Assembly: GCA_964016885.1 (NCBI GenBank)
Contig: OZ024756.1
Coordinates: 21,080,001-21,144,000, forward strand
Direction: 5' to 3'
Origin: Eledone cirrhosa
Lineage: Eukaryota
Length of the DNA stretch: 64,000 bases
Shown: piece after piece, positions 28,548 to 41,539 of the stretch
How positions within the stretch are numbered: position 1 is the stretch's first letter
Layout of the letters: each line of letters starts with the position of its first letter
Made by a program: the position numbers and the translations under genes
Notes under the pieces: model-generated
Told to the model about the DNA's origin: nothing
Database searches by the model: none
The model's input: only the letters and a program-made list of their open reading frames with translations

Positions 28548-29089
28548 ACGAACAACAATAATAAACAGGGCGATAATTTGAAGAAAATGTAAACCAATAA
28601 CCTATTAGTTTTCATTACAGACCAAACACGTAGTCAACCAAGCAATTTGCCTTATTTATCTCTTTAAGATAACAAACATTTAAGAAAGTATCTTGCTAAT
28701 TAATTCCTTGCGAGTCAGGCTATTGCTAACATCATTATGTAAACACAATCAAACATCTCTCACTAACAACATGTATATATTTGCGTGCGTGTGTTTGTTG
28801 AGGATTGTGTGTTGTTTGAGTATATATGTCTGTGTGTGTGTGTGTGTGTGACTGTCTGTCCGTCTGTCTGTCTGTATGTATGTCTGCCTGCCTGTGTTTA
28901 CGTCTGTGTTGTGTGTTTATGTATCTATAACGAAGTGCTTGCAAGTCACAAACAGTGTTCTGATAGAGTAACCGAATCTTTAAAACATCAGTTAAGTAGG
29001 CTGTTGACATACGTCGAGGTGGGCTAACAGTAACATACATACATACTCAAGCACATAGATACATAATACACACATACAAACATACACAC

Positions 29090-29275
29090 GCGGTGAATTG
29101 GCAGTATCGGTACAAGGTCGGACGCCATGCTTTCCAGCATAGTTACGTCCCTTTACGGTCTGAGTTCAAATCCTGTCGAGGTTAACTTTGCCTTTAATCC
29201 TTACCGGGTCGATAAAATAAAGTACCAGTAATGCACTGGGTTATTGCTGGCCCAGTGCCAAAAGTAGAAACAATT
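29090..29275 (+). mobile_element. SINE family A copy
   Basis: Full-length match to the other copies. Confidence 0.85.
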
Positions 29276-29483
29276 ATTACAAGTATCATTACTGAAAAAT
29301 ATAAACAGGAGAGTATGTATGTATGTATGTATGTATGTATGTATGTATGTATGTATGTATGTATGTATGTATGTATGTATGTATGTATGTATGTATGTAT
29401 GTATGTATGTATGTATGTATGTATGTATGTATGTATGTATGTATGTATGTATGTATGTATGTATGTATGTATGTATGTATGTT

Positions 29484-30146
29484 GGTGCTACTGGTAACAT
29501 GTATCCCAGTACAACCTGTCTCATAGTCGGGTCATTGGCGACTAAACTGGCAACCCCACCAAGGTTTCTTGGTGAGGAGGGTGACTTTGGACATCCTGCA
29601 GGGCTAAAAACAAAACCTGTCAAAGGGCAAAGGAGCTCTTAAGAGTCAATGGCCATCCCAAATCACCGGGAGAGATGACCCCTTAGCCTTTGTCAAGGCA
29701 GAATTCTAGGAGAAGGAAAACTCTGATATAACACCTGCAACCCTGATGGTATCCAATGATGTTGACTTGTTCTTCTTTTTGGTAAATATCATCTTAGTTA
29801 AGAGAGTGGGACTGGCTTTGTGCAGTGTCTTTGCTCACTATAAAAGCTTCACGGCACAGGCATTGCTTTATATCTGGAGATCTCTCTGCACTTGTCGTCA
29901 CATGGTACCATGGGCCTGGCACTATGTGTCAATAATTGTCAAAAGTGCAGTGTTTGTACCAGAGTTTTCAAGTCGCTGGCTGGACTAAAAAGTCACACTC
30001 GTTCAGCGCATCGGTAGGGGTTCTCCTACATGGATATGAAGTAGTGGCCGTACTCGAAAACGTGTTGGCAGCCACCACCATGTCTGTATGTATGTATGTA
30101 TGTATGTATGTATGTATGTATGTATGTATGTATGTATGTATGTATG
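29484..30146 (+). mobile_element. Non-autonomous RTE-like element inserted in (TATG)n
   Basis: Longer copy of 11083-11665, with (TATG)n on both sides. A related 5' UTR fragment follows at ~30230-30405. Confidence 0.65.
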
Positions 30147-30619
30147 TGTGCATGTGTACGTATATGCGCGGGGACATAGAAATAGTCGGGCTGGATACCC
30201 GATCGCGCGGTTAAACCACTGGCAGTGAAGGACCCCTAGTCTTTGCCAGGGCATTCTTCTAGGAGAAGGCAACTCAGGAAACTGGGATAACTCCGACTAA
30301 ACCTGTGGCTCAGTAGTTACCGATGATGTTGATCTTTTCTTCTTTTCGGGTTACAGCTACTGTCACCCAGAGAGTGGGATTGGCTCAGTGCACAGTCTTT
30401 CCTCCATTTAAAAAAAAATCTTCAAGCATAGTTTTAACGATAGCATTAATTAATAACTAGTAATGTTAAATCGTGCAATGTCCATACTCGATAACGAGGG
30501 GGCAGCCATCATATACTGTATATATATATATACACTGATATTCTACTCAAACAAGCCAGGGCTTATTGGAATTCAATGTAGTGTAGATATGAATACTAAG
30601 CGAAATTTGTTTTGTGTAA

Positions 30620-30676
<57 letters not shown>

Positions 30677-30711
30677 TACATATATATGGGGAATGTTCAA
30701 TTAAAACAATT

Positions 30712-30755
30712 CAAGTTGAATAAGTTGAGTTCGCCCAACGAAACGCATGTCCTTG
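30712..30755 (+). ncRNA. Hammerhead-like motif with variant core (TTGAATAA)
   Basis: CAAG-TTGAATAA-GTTGAG-TTCG-CCCAAC-GAAA-CGCATG-TC-CTTG. CGCATG could be a CpG-decayed CGCGCG. Confidence 0.55.
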
Positions 30756-31211
30756 CATTTCTCATTGACATGTCTTCATTTTAGTATTGAATTTAATATG
30801 TATACGTGTGTTTATAGATATATATGTGTGCATGTATATATAAATATATATATGCATGTATATATAAATGTATATATATAATAGGTATAGGTATATATGT
30901 GTATATATGTATATATATGTAAATATATATGTGTATATATGTATATATATGTAAATATATATGTATATATATGTATATATAAATGTATATATATGTATAT
31001 ATATATATATATGTATATATGTATATATATATATGTATATATATATATATGCATATATCTATCTCTCTCTCTATATATATATATGCATATATGTATATAT
31101 ATATGTATATATATACATATATATATATGTATATATATGTATATATATACATATATATATATATATGTATATATATGCATATATCTACATATATATATAT
31201 ATGCATATATC

Positions 31212-31242
<31 letters not shown>

Positions 31243-32128
31243 GCATATATCTATATATATATATGTATATATATGTATATATCTATATATATGTCTGTAT
31301 ATATATGTATATATATATATATATATATGTACAAGCGTTAAATTAATATATTTATTCAATCTGCTGTGCCGTTTGCTTTGTTATTTCTGTTTTAATTTCA
31401 CACACTCACACACACACATTTTAGGGTAGATATAGGGTGTATTTAATGGGTCAGTTTTTGGAAGCCAGTGGCTCATATTGGAGCGTTGTTGATGACACCT
31501 TTTTATTCCCATTTCACCTTGAGTAGATATGATTTGAGATTCCATATAGAGTGTGAGATGTGTGTTGTTAGTTAAGGACAACTGATAGCGTAAACTGTCT
31601 TAATTCGAACAGTGGGAATCCATCTAGAAAACCTGAGCGCTATAGTACATCTGAGGTCAATGCATTGTAAACTGATAGTTTATCCTACATTAAGGTTCGT
31701 CTTTATTTTATTCATTTATTGTTTTAAGAAACTTAACTATGAAACATTCGGGACTGTTTACGTCTATGATGTGGACGATTAAACATGGGCCCCGAGACTT
31801 ATTTGATCGTTAGGTATAATTAGGTTACCTATTATGGATGAACGAAGACAAAGTGGGCTTTAGAAAATATTAAAAAAAACAACAAAAAGCAAAACAAACA
31901 AACAAAAACAAAAAAAAAAGATGTAAAGGGACGTAACTAAACGTCACAAGTTGTTGCTGTTGTTAATGGTGTTGTTCTCGAGCAGAACTATGATCCTATT
32001 TTGTAAATTCTTCTTTATTTTTCGAGATAGGACCAAAATATCTAATGTGTCCTTGCGTGTTTTATAGATATAATGGTGCCATATAATGAAAAATTGACTG
32101 CTATTTCTTACAAAGCGAAAGAATAATA

Positions 32129-32166
<38 letters not shown>

Positions 32167-32172
<6 letters not shown>

Positions 32173-32357
32173 GGAGCTTCTACAGGACTAGTACTGTTTC
32201 ATTCAGATGAAATCTTCAAGAAGCTCTTGAAGATTTCATCTGAATGAAACAGTACTAGTGCTGTAGAAGCTCCTTCTATAAAATAAAAAAAATTTACTCT
32301 GCCATGTATTGAGTACCTTACTTACTGTGGTTATCCCCGACTCAACCCGGGACCTAC
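32167..32357 (+). mobile_element. Fold-back element, same family as 21481-21660
   Basis: Palindrome at 32167-32280. Both arms carry a TTGAAGA core with GAAA-CAG..CTG-TA-GAAGC, followed by AATAAA, a GTATTGAGTAC tail and (TA)n flanks. Confidence 0.75.
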
Positions 32358-32467
<110 letters not shown>

Positions 32468-34415
32468 GATTGCAGTACCCAACTCGTATTTTATTTATCG
32501 ACCCCGAAAGAATGAAAGGTAAATTTGATATTAGTGGGTTTTAAACTCGGAGAGCAGTGAACCGGAACGAATATTCCAAGACGTTCTATCCAACACTAAC
32601 GAATCTGAACCCAAAACGTCACCTTTGGGATGGTGCAAGACCTGGCCAAATATCTCTTTGAAGGATATCTTGCCTCATAAGTGTATCTACCAAGTCTCGG
32701 AGACCCTGATAAAATAAAGGCTCATTGGGGAATAAATCGAGGCAGTACATGACAATTACTTATTTTATCAACACAAGGGCAAGAATGAAGGGTTCATTCT
32801 ACTGACATGGCTATAAAATTGAGGCTTGTTTACATAATTGCAAACGAATCGAATGTTATTATTAATATTCGAAAAACTCAGATTACATTTATTGTATTCA
32901 GCCATGTAGAGCGAAAATTTTCTTTTTTACTTATTTTATCGACTCCTGGAAAGATGGAAAGGGAACGTCAATCTCAGCTTAATATCAAAATAAAAAATTA
33001 ATAAAAAACCGGGCGTAGGTTGTTATATTAATCCCTAGTCAAACAGATGTTAGCTGTATTATGGTAATATGTTGGCAAACAAGTGGCTAGAAGTGTTCTT
33101 GATAAATACATCAGCAAACATAACATTGAGATAATGTAATTCTAAATCTATTAGCAAACACTGGTTTGAAGTTATTGTGCTATATAATTCTTTTCGGTAA
33201 ACGTCAGTTCGGGTGGGATAAACCCAGTGGGTCAACATAATATCAGCGAAGAGATTCTGATGTAAAGAAAAAAACAACATGTTAATTTAATTAATGCTCG
33301 TGTCAGGTTTACATACATCTAATGTGAATAGTGTTGCTGCTCGTAGATCTTTTGAAATCAGTATACAAGGAAAGACAGTCGGGTCATATGTAATTAATTT
33401 TGCAGTAGTAATTTTGATTTATCCATGTTGAAGAGATTTAAAGGAATGTAAATGAAAGCAGCGACTTGGCAGAATCGTTAGATCAGCGATTGAATGCTTT
33501 GCGGCATTTCTTTTTTGTATTCCAGCTCTCTGCGTTCAGTGATCAGATCCTGCCGAGATCAACTTTGCCTTTCATCCTTTCTCACTTAATAAAAGTCAAT
33601 GCCAATCTAAGGCAATGGACTGACGAACTCATTAAGTGATGAACATGATCCTTTAAGTAGCATTTGTTTCGGATTTTTGCGTTCTGCATACAAAACCCAC
33701 CCTTGTCTACTTGGGTGGTAGATTTAATCGGTTATTCGGTTTAATACCACCACCTGGTATCTTCGGTGTATTTAGCAGAGTTCCCTCTGTCGCAAGCATT
33801 CCAGTCATCCAGTCAGGTCTTCGGTTTGAGAATAGCTTCCTCCCTGTCCCCTCACCAGTCGTGAAGACCTTGAAAAATGTCACGGGTGTTCTCCTACTCC
33901 CACTACTAAACAATAAAAATAATAAGACGATAAAGTGTAATTTGAGAAACTGACGCCTTCTTCAGTGGAAGATTTGTCTCCGATACGCTTAACGCATAGC
34001 ATCAAGCTTCACACCAAACAAGCACTCAGTTCACAATGATCCCAGGTCACCTATCTGTAATAGGTAGATCTCAACTACAGTATTACAGAGTAGAAACAAC
34101 TTAATCAGCCTTGTAAGCAATGTGAAAAACTGATAAATGGCGTGATAGCTTACGGTATTCACTTCAAGTCATCTTGTGTTACCTTTGACTTTGAACTCCT
34201 GATGGTATCGTAAAGACACCGTCGTGACATATGGCGTATATTGAGCAGACAAGTTTGGAGAAGTTTATTCTTGTTCATGTATAACCACAGACGACTTTTT
34301 ACGGAGATAGGGACCCCTAAAATATAAAAGGGTAAGTTATCTTCGATATGACATGAATTCTGAGTGTAGAGAGACGAAACGAAAACCGCAAGTTATTTTA
34401 TCTGATACTCTAACA

Positions 34416-34964
34416 CAGAGGTTCTGAAAGTGGGAGCTACCGCTCCTCGGGAGGCGTTGAGAGATCCAGTGGTGGGAGGGGTGGCTAAGGAGGCGGTAGA
34501 GATGATATAATAGTATATTAAATATAAAATGGTATATATTGTATATAAATAATGTAAAATAAAAAATATAAAATATTTATTTATACATAGTATATATTAT
34601 ATTATTTATTATATATAAGGACCGTGGATTGGCAGTATCGGTAGAGGGTCGGGCGCCATGCTTTGCAGTAAAGAGTTACGGCCCTTCATGGTCTGAGTTC
34701 AAATCCCGCCGAGGTTAACTTTGCCTTTCATCCTTACGGGGTCGATAAAATAAAGTACCAGTAATACACTGGGATAATTGCTGGCCTTGTGCCAAACGTA
34801 GAAACAATTATATTATTTATTATATATAAATTAACGATTTTATTTATTATATATTATTTACCATTTGCATGTAGGCAGATCTCTCTGGAACTAGGGGTGG
34901 GAGGCGTTGGGGGTATTACGTGGCCGCGAGGGGGGCGGTGGCCCCAAAAGTTTGAGAGCTTTTG
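34416..34964. mobile_element. hAT (Charlie-like) MITE containing a SINE A copy (34622-34809)
   Basis: TIRs cagaggttctgaaagt / agtttgagagcttttg; 8-bp TSD ctctaaca / ctctaacg. Confidence 0.7.
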
Positions 34965-35197
34965 CTCTAACGCCTCACTTCGGTCTCCTAGAAATAGTAA
35001 CCACATCTCTCTCAAAGGACATCTTACTGTCTTAAAAATTGAAATCCATGCTAGATACAGTCTTTGAAAATGACGGAATGATCGCGACCTGAAGGCTTCT
35101 GATTAAAGGTCTGCTCGATCAGAGTGAACTTGGGCTAAAGAAAACAATTCTTTAATGAATTAACTAACAACAAGAAAGATTAAAGACAATAACAAAA

Positions 35198-35383
35198 TTC
35201 TTATCGTGTTCACAAGAGTGTCAGTTACAAAACTTGTTTAGATGTGGTTCCGCCACAACTGAACACATTGCTGTCCTTTCTCATTAAACTCTGTCAAGTC
35301 CAATGCTGTGCAGGCGTGTTCCAGCAGGGGGTATTTCAGGAGGTGCTGCATAGTCTGTGGTTCGATGCCGCAGTCACACACAA
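35198..35383 (-). mobile_element. 3' end of the same Vingi/Ingi-like LINE
   Basis: VCDCGIEPQTMQHLLKYPLLEHACTALDLTEFNEKGQQCVQLWRNHI*, highly similar to 26600-26780. Confidence 0.75.
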
Positions 35384-36845
35384 TAACAAAATAAAATAAA
35401 AGGAATGAAAAAAAATCACCTCTCAGACACCATGATTGGTTTGATATCACGAAAAATAAATAGATAAATAAAACGGATATGCTAAGAGACAGATATATTA
35501 TTAACTGACGTAAATAGTCTGGAGATATGAGCGGCTGAGAGAAATCTTTGGTGAGAAGGGGAGATTAATCTCTAGTTTATTTCGAAAGAAAAAGTGAAAA
35601 ACAAAACAAAAACAAAACTGAATGTGCGAAGATAATTTTTTTTACCCGTAGACCGATTCTCCGATGATAGACATACAGCATATATGTTATAGAAAATAGG
35701 AAACAAACCTATAATTTCACTTATGTCTCTTATCTTCTCTTCTTTTACTGACTCTGCTATTTCATTTGTATTCATTTGCGAAAGCGAGGAAGTAAGTAAG
35801 CTGAGCTGAGTGGTTAATATGTTCGCCTTGCAATCAAGAGGTTCCATGTTCGACCTCATTGCGGGGAATCTTGGACTTAATGTGCCTTTAACGATAGTCT
35901 CAAATTGATCAAAATGTTGGGATTGAAAGGGGGTCGATAGAAACTATGTGGAAGCCCGTCGGATGATCTGTATCTGTCAATTCAGATGCCCTGCTTTGTC
36001 GAAATTATGTTATTCTGTTTCGGCTGGAGAATAACGTTAAAGATACACATGTCTATGTGAAGGTGTCTGAATTAGGGGTTAGGGTCTTTGGCTCACAATT
36101 TTAAGATCATAAGTGAGATTCACCCCTGCGCGCTGTGTCCTTGAGCAAGACACTTTATTTCACGTTGCTCTAATCAACTCAACTGGCAAAAATGAGTTGC
36201 ATCTGTAAGTACCAGCCTTGTTACACACACTGAGTCACGTTGTATCTGCTGTGGAATGCTCAGCCACTTGCATTTTAATTACACAAGCAAAGTTCTTCAC
36301 TCACACAACAATATTTATCAACCATTATATGTAACATAGGAAGACTGATAATTTTTTAATGACCCACGAAAGCTGAAAAGCAAAATCGCCCTCTGCTGGA
36401 TTTGAACGCAGAACATAATACAGTTATATATTTAAAACAATGTTGGTCATTGACTAATATTATTTTTGTTTACTTCACTGCATGATAATTTGTTACAAAC
36501 ATTTTACACCTCCCTGCATTAAATATGTTAAGACACACTTGACTATTGTACGTCATACAGATGGTGTCTCTAAGCAATTTATTCTATAAACATTTCTATT
36601 TCTTTAAACCAAACTAGTGTACAATCTTGTATATTTAGTTAATGATTCTCTTATCGTTACTTCGGGAATTATGTTGAAGCTTAAGCCTGGTTCGCTGATG
36701 AAATCACATGGTCGAAACTTACCCCGAGTTGTTTCGCATAGAAGCCAAAAACAATGAAAATAATATTAGTCATTCACTAATATTGCTTTTGTTTCACCGT
36801 ATAATTATTTCTACCGTATAATTATTAACCTTTGAATTCTTTCTG

Positions 36846-36984
<139 letters not shown>

Positions 36985-37129
36985 ATATATATCCAGGGAG
37001 TGTAACGCAGAGTTACTGTGGCTTCACCCGGGTGAGCGCTCGATGTTTAGGTTCACGTGAATATGAGGTGTAGAGCTAAACAGAGTGCAATATAATAATA
37101 CAATTACTCCTTCATTACGTTTATTGGTT

Positions 37130-37214
37130 GGTGACGCGCGTTTCGCTACTGATCAGTTCAAGGTTCGATCTGTATCGATCTGGCCCGACTCTGGAATCAA
37201 AAGCTCGTCGGACC
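37130..37214 (-). ncRNA. Hammerhead-like motif with CCGACGA core and extended stem II
   Basis: Minus strand: GGT-CCGACGA-GCTTTTGAT..ATCAGTAGC-GAAA-CGCGCG-TC-ACC-AACCAATAAA. Palindromic stem III and a GUC cleavage triplet. Confidence 0.7.
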
Positions 37215-37350
37215 TCTGTAGTAGTAATGACAGAATTATATATATAATATGTGTGTGTGTGTATATATATATGTATATATATATATATAATTATATATAC
37301 ATATATATGTGTATATGTGTGTGTATGTATGTGTGTATGTATATATATTT

Positions 37351-37395
<45 letters not shown>

Positions 37396-37397
37396 CC

Positions 37398-37472
37398 CAG
37401 GGTGTCCCAAAAATGTATACAATCTTCAACAACATTCTAATCAAAGCGTGTATACATCTTTTGGAGGACATG
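37398..37472. mobile_element. Short mariner-type MITE
   Basis: cagggtgtcccaaaaatgtatac / gtatacatcttttggaggacatg. Confidence 0.55.
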
Positions 37473-37871
37473 TATATATATTAACGCTAACATCACTATA
37501 TAGTGTAAAAGAGACTTATTTGGGTCGCGATGTTACTACTTTTGCAAATACACTCACTCTTGCCTGCTTATTTTTTCTGAGTATATATATATATACACAT
37601 ATATACACACTCACACATCCACACACACATATATACACACACATATATATACAGTACTTATATATTCATGTATTTTATTCATATATTCATTCGTTCCTGT
37701 ATCGTCGCTGCCGGACCATGAGTGCGGATCTTTCAAAACGTATTGGAAGATTTATATTTTTTCAAGTGTTATGAGTTCTTCCATAAGAGGGTCATAAAAG
37801 TCACATTTCTAAACTCTTGACATCTCATGTTTAATGGTGATTAACTGTTTTAACATTGTTGTTGTTGTAGC

Positions 37872-37908
<37 letters not shown>

Positions 37909-38375
37909 GTTGCTATTGTTATTGTTATTATTATCAGTGTAGTGTATGAGGGTCATGGCGGACACATTTGATGTTGATGACAATTTTGGTATATTTGTAT
38001 TTTGTATTTTGTTTGTACGAGATTTCAACAAAAAAAACAATAACAAAAAAAAACGAGAACTACCCCCCCCCCCCCTTCTCAAGCTTCACACAAAAAGAAT
38101 AAATACAATACATTCTAGCACTTGGCAGCGAAATACTAGCATTTATTTGCAAAGGCACAGTATGGCAGAATCGGTGGAGCACAATGGGTAAAATGACTTG
38201 CAAGTACGTAATTACCTTATTTGCCGGCCTATTGGACGCACTTAAAAAAAACATTAAAAAAATCTTCCCTGCGTCCTATACGCCCGTATCATCGATTGGC
38301 GGTCGAACGGAGGGTGAGGTCAATCGTGGTAAAACAAACTTGTTTGTATTATTATTAGTATTAGGGAGGGGGAGG

Positions 38376-38568
38376 GGCGGGTGGATTGGCAGTATCGGTA
38401 GAGGGTCGGACGCCATGCTTTGCAGCATAGAGTTACGGCCCTTTACGATCTGAGTTCAAATCCCGCCGAGGTTGACTTTGCCTTTCATCCTTACCCGGTC
38501 GATAAAATAAAGTACCAGTAATACACTCTGGATAATTGCTGGCATTGTGCCAAAAAGTAGAAACAATT
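38376..38568 (+). mobile_element. SINE family A copy
   Basis: Full-length match. Confidence 0.85.
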
Positions 38569-40052
38569 ATTAGTAATACTAATACCGTAATACAATACAA
38601 TCTATATAAGCAAAATGATGTCGAAAAAACAATGGAATGATTTAAAGTAAATTTATGAAGAAATGTACTAAAATTCTCTTTTTCTTAAAATGTCCTCGTA
38701 AAACCACGAGGCGTCGTATAGGAAGCGGCGTCCGGTCAGCAAATAGGGTATATATTTTTACGTTTCTGTGTTAAAATTTCATCGAGAACGACTATACTGT
38801 TCGACTGTCCTGGTTCCTTATAATATTGTACCAGTCACGTATAAAGTGTAGATTTAATTGAGAGTTCCCTGCTCCAGTATTTGTGGCCGTAAACTATTTA
38901 TTAACCTTATTCATACCAAACTGTCTAAGGCTGCGCCGTGTTCTACAACATAAAAAGGGTCGTATTTAATTACGACCCTTTTATGATTCTTATCTAGTAG
39001 CATTTCCATGTAATCATTGTCGTCCAAGGGTTTCTATGGTAGAAAATATTCAGAACTCCCACCAAGTTCTTCAGTAAAAGCTGTTCAATATATGCTTATC
39101 GATGCCCATACAAAAATCCCTATATGAAATACAAGTGCGTGACAAGCATCATAATATTTGCTTCTAGCATAGACGCCGTAGTAGCTTATGGCGTTTCTTA
39201 GGCATTTTTAAAACCTGGCGGATCCCATACCTCTCCAGGTTTGAACACAGCATATCTCTTCCAGAGAAGGATAACATGTGATAGAGAGGAAGCGTGAAAG
39301 AGATATAGAGGGAGCAAGAAAGAGATATAGAGGAATAATCGACTGGTGCATTTTTTTTTATCGATCTCGAAAGGATGAAAGGCAAAGTTGACCTCAGCGT
39401 GATTTGAACTCGGAGAGTAGAGTGTCGGAACGAATACCACAAAGCATTCTATCCAACGTTCTCACAACTCTGCCAATTCGTCACCTTGTCTAACATAGGT
39501 AAAAGGTTACAAATATGGCAGGAAATGTTAGGCGATTGTATCGACTAGAGTACACGACTACTGGTACATTTTTTTTATATCGATCTCGGAAGAATAGAAA
39601 GCATAGTTGATCTCGGTTCAATTTGAACTCAGACTGGAGATCAAATTAAACGAAGACCACGGCACGTCAATCCACATATTTGACTAAGTTTCCTTTTCAA
39701 CAGCCTAATAAATAAATGTTAAATATATTTGACCAGTAGCTACATTTCAGCACAGTATTTACTTCACTGAGAATGGAATTGATCCGAGAAATACAATACT
39801 GGGATAGCAAAATACGATATGGCTTCGTGTAAGCCAGTAGTTCCTGCACGTGTATATTGGGTAGAAATCGAATACCTTGCATTGAGACTGGTGAGATTCG
39901 TTTTTTTTTGTACTGTGTAAAATCAATCTTCATGTATTTTGTTACTAGTTCATGTTACTGAGAATTGAAAACTATATCTACAATAAACCATAAACACATC
40001 TTAATCTCTAGTTGGCTGTACTACATAATGCATATATATATATATATATATA

Positions 40053-40355
40053 TATAAAGAAAAAGAGATGAAATCGAAAATGCAACTGGAGTCTTATTTT
40101 TTTTTAAAATATATATATTTATTTGGTTCCTTTACCGGTTTCGCAGTTCTTATGCTTTTCAAAAGGTGAGTTGAGATGGAGGGTCTGTGGTTTTTCTCAC
40201 ATCAGATGTGAGAAAAACCACAGACCCTCCATCTCAACTCACCTTTTGAAAAGCAGAAGAACTGCGAAACCGGTAAAGGAACCAAATAAATATATATATT
40301 TAAAAAAAAAATAAGACTCCAGTTGCATTTTCGATTTCATCTCTTTTTCTTTATA
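40053..40355. mobile_element. Near-perfect palindrome (~150-bp arms, 1-nt centre at 40204) with two hammerheads
   Basis: The arms are reverse complements with very few mismatches, and (TA)n tracts lie nearby on both sides. Confidence 0.85.
40242..40279 (+). ncRNA. Minimal hammerhead with U3:A8 core variant
   Basis: CCTT-TTGAAAA-GCAG-AAGAA-CTGC-GAAA-CCGG-TA-AAGG-AACCAAATAAA. Mirror copy at 40129-40166 (minus). Confidence 0.7.
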
Positions 40356-40416
40356 CTTTCACTCGTGTAGGACACCTCGGTTATTTATCATTTTGTAAAA
40401 AAAACCTCACTTTCTA

Positions 40417-40455
<39 letters not shown>

Positions 40456-40874
40456 AAATCTTTTCCTGAGTCCTGTATTTTCGTTGCTGTGGTAATGCGG
40501 CTGGACTGCCGATCGCTATATTTGATTTGCTAAGCTGTCTAAACGTATTGTTATTACTCTGGGGTACTATCCCCATTCGAGTGCTAAAGCTACATACCGA
40601 ATTTGCATTCGTTAGCTTGGCCGCGAACTAAAGCTTCGTTAATGCTGTACTAAAATTTGTATATATATATATTTATGTAGATATAGATATCATATATATA
40701 TATGTATATATATGCATTTATGTAGATATAGATATCATATATATATATGTATATATATGTGTACAAACACACACACATATATATACGATATCTATATCTA
40801 CATAAATGCATATATATGTATATGTATATATATATATATGTGTACTTGCATACACACACACACACACACACACA

Positions 40875-40912
<38 letters not shown>

Positions 40913-41267
40913 GTGTGTGTGTAAGTATGTATGTATATGTACACGTTTTTGTTGCTGTAGTATCGAGCACATGGACGTGAGGTTAAGAGCATCGTTTCTT
41001 AATTGTGTGATTCCGGGTTCGATCATCTCGCATAACATTGAATGAAATTTGGATGAAGGAAACTATGCGGAAGCCTGATGGTTGAACTGTTCTTGTGATT
41101 CGAGCATCCCAACCTTGTCACACAGTCTCACTCAGGGGCTGAGGGAAGTCCAGCTTAAGGGTTTAAGTCTATATGGAATGCTGGGCCGCTTACAAAGGGA
41201 ATTTATTGCTGAAGTATTTCAGTAACGAAGTTACCAGAAGCCATTTTGCCTGAAACTGTACCACCAC

Positions 41268-41354
<87 letters not shown>

Positions 41355-41539
41355 CACACACTCTCTGGAGAAACGCTGTTAGAAGTTTTATCCATACGTC
41401 TATCTATCTCTATCTATTTATCTATCCTTCCATCCATCCATTGATCCATCTATCTATCTGTCGATCTCTATCTATTTATCTATATCTATCTATCCATCCA
41501 TCCATCCATCCATCTATCTATCTATCTATCTATCTATCT

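Noticed and set aside
29484-29560. HDV-like ribozyme at the RTE-like 5' end
   Set aside because: P1, P3/L3 and P1.1 could not be assigned consistently in both relatives, so it is kept only as an unspecified structure.
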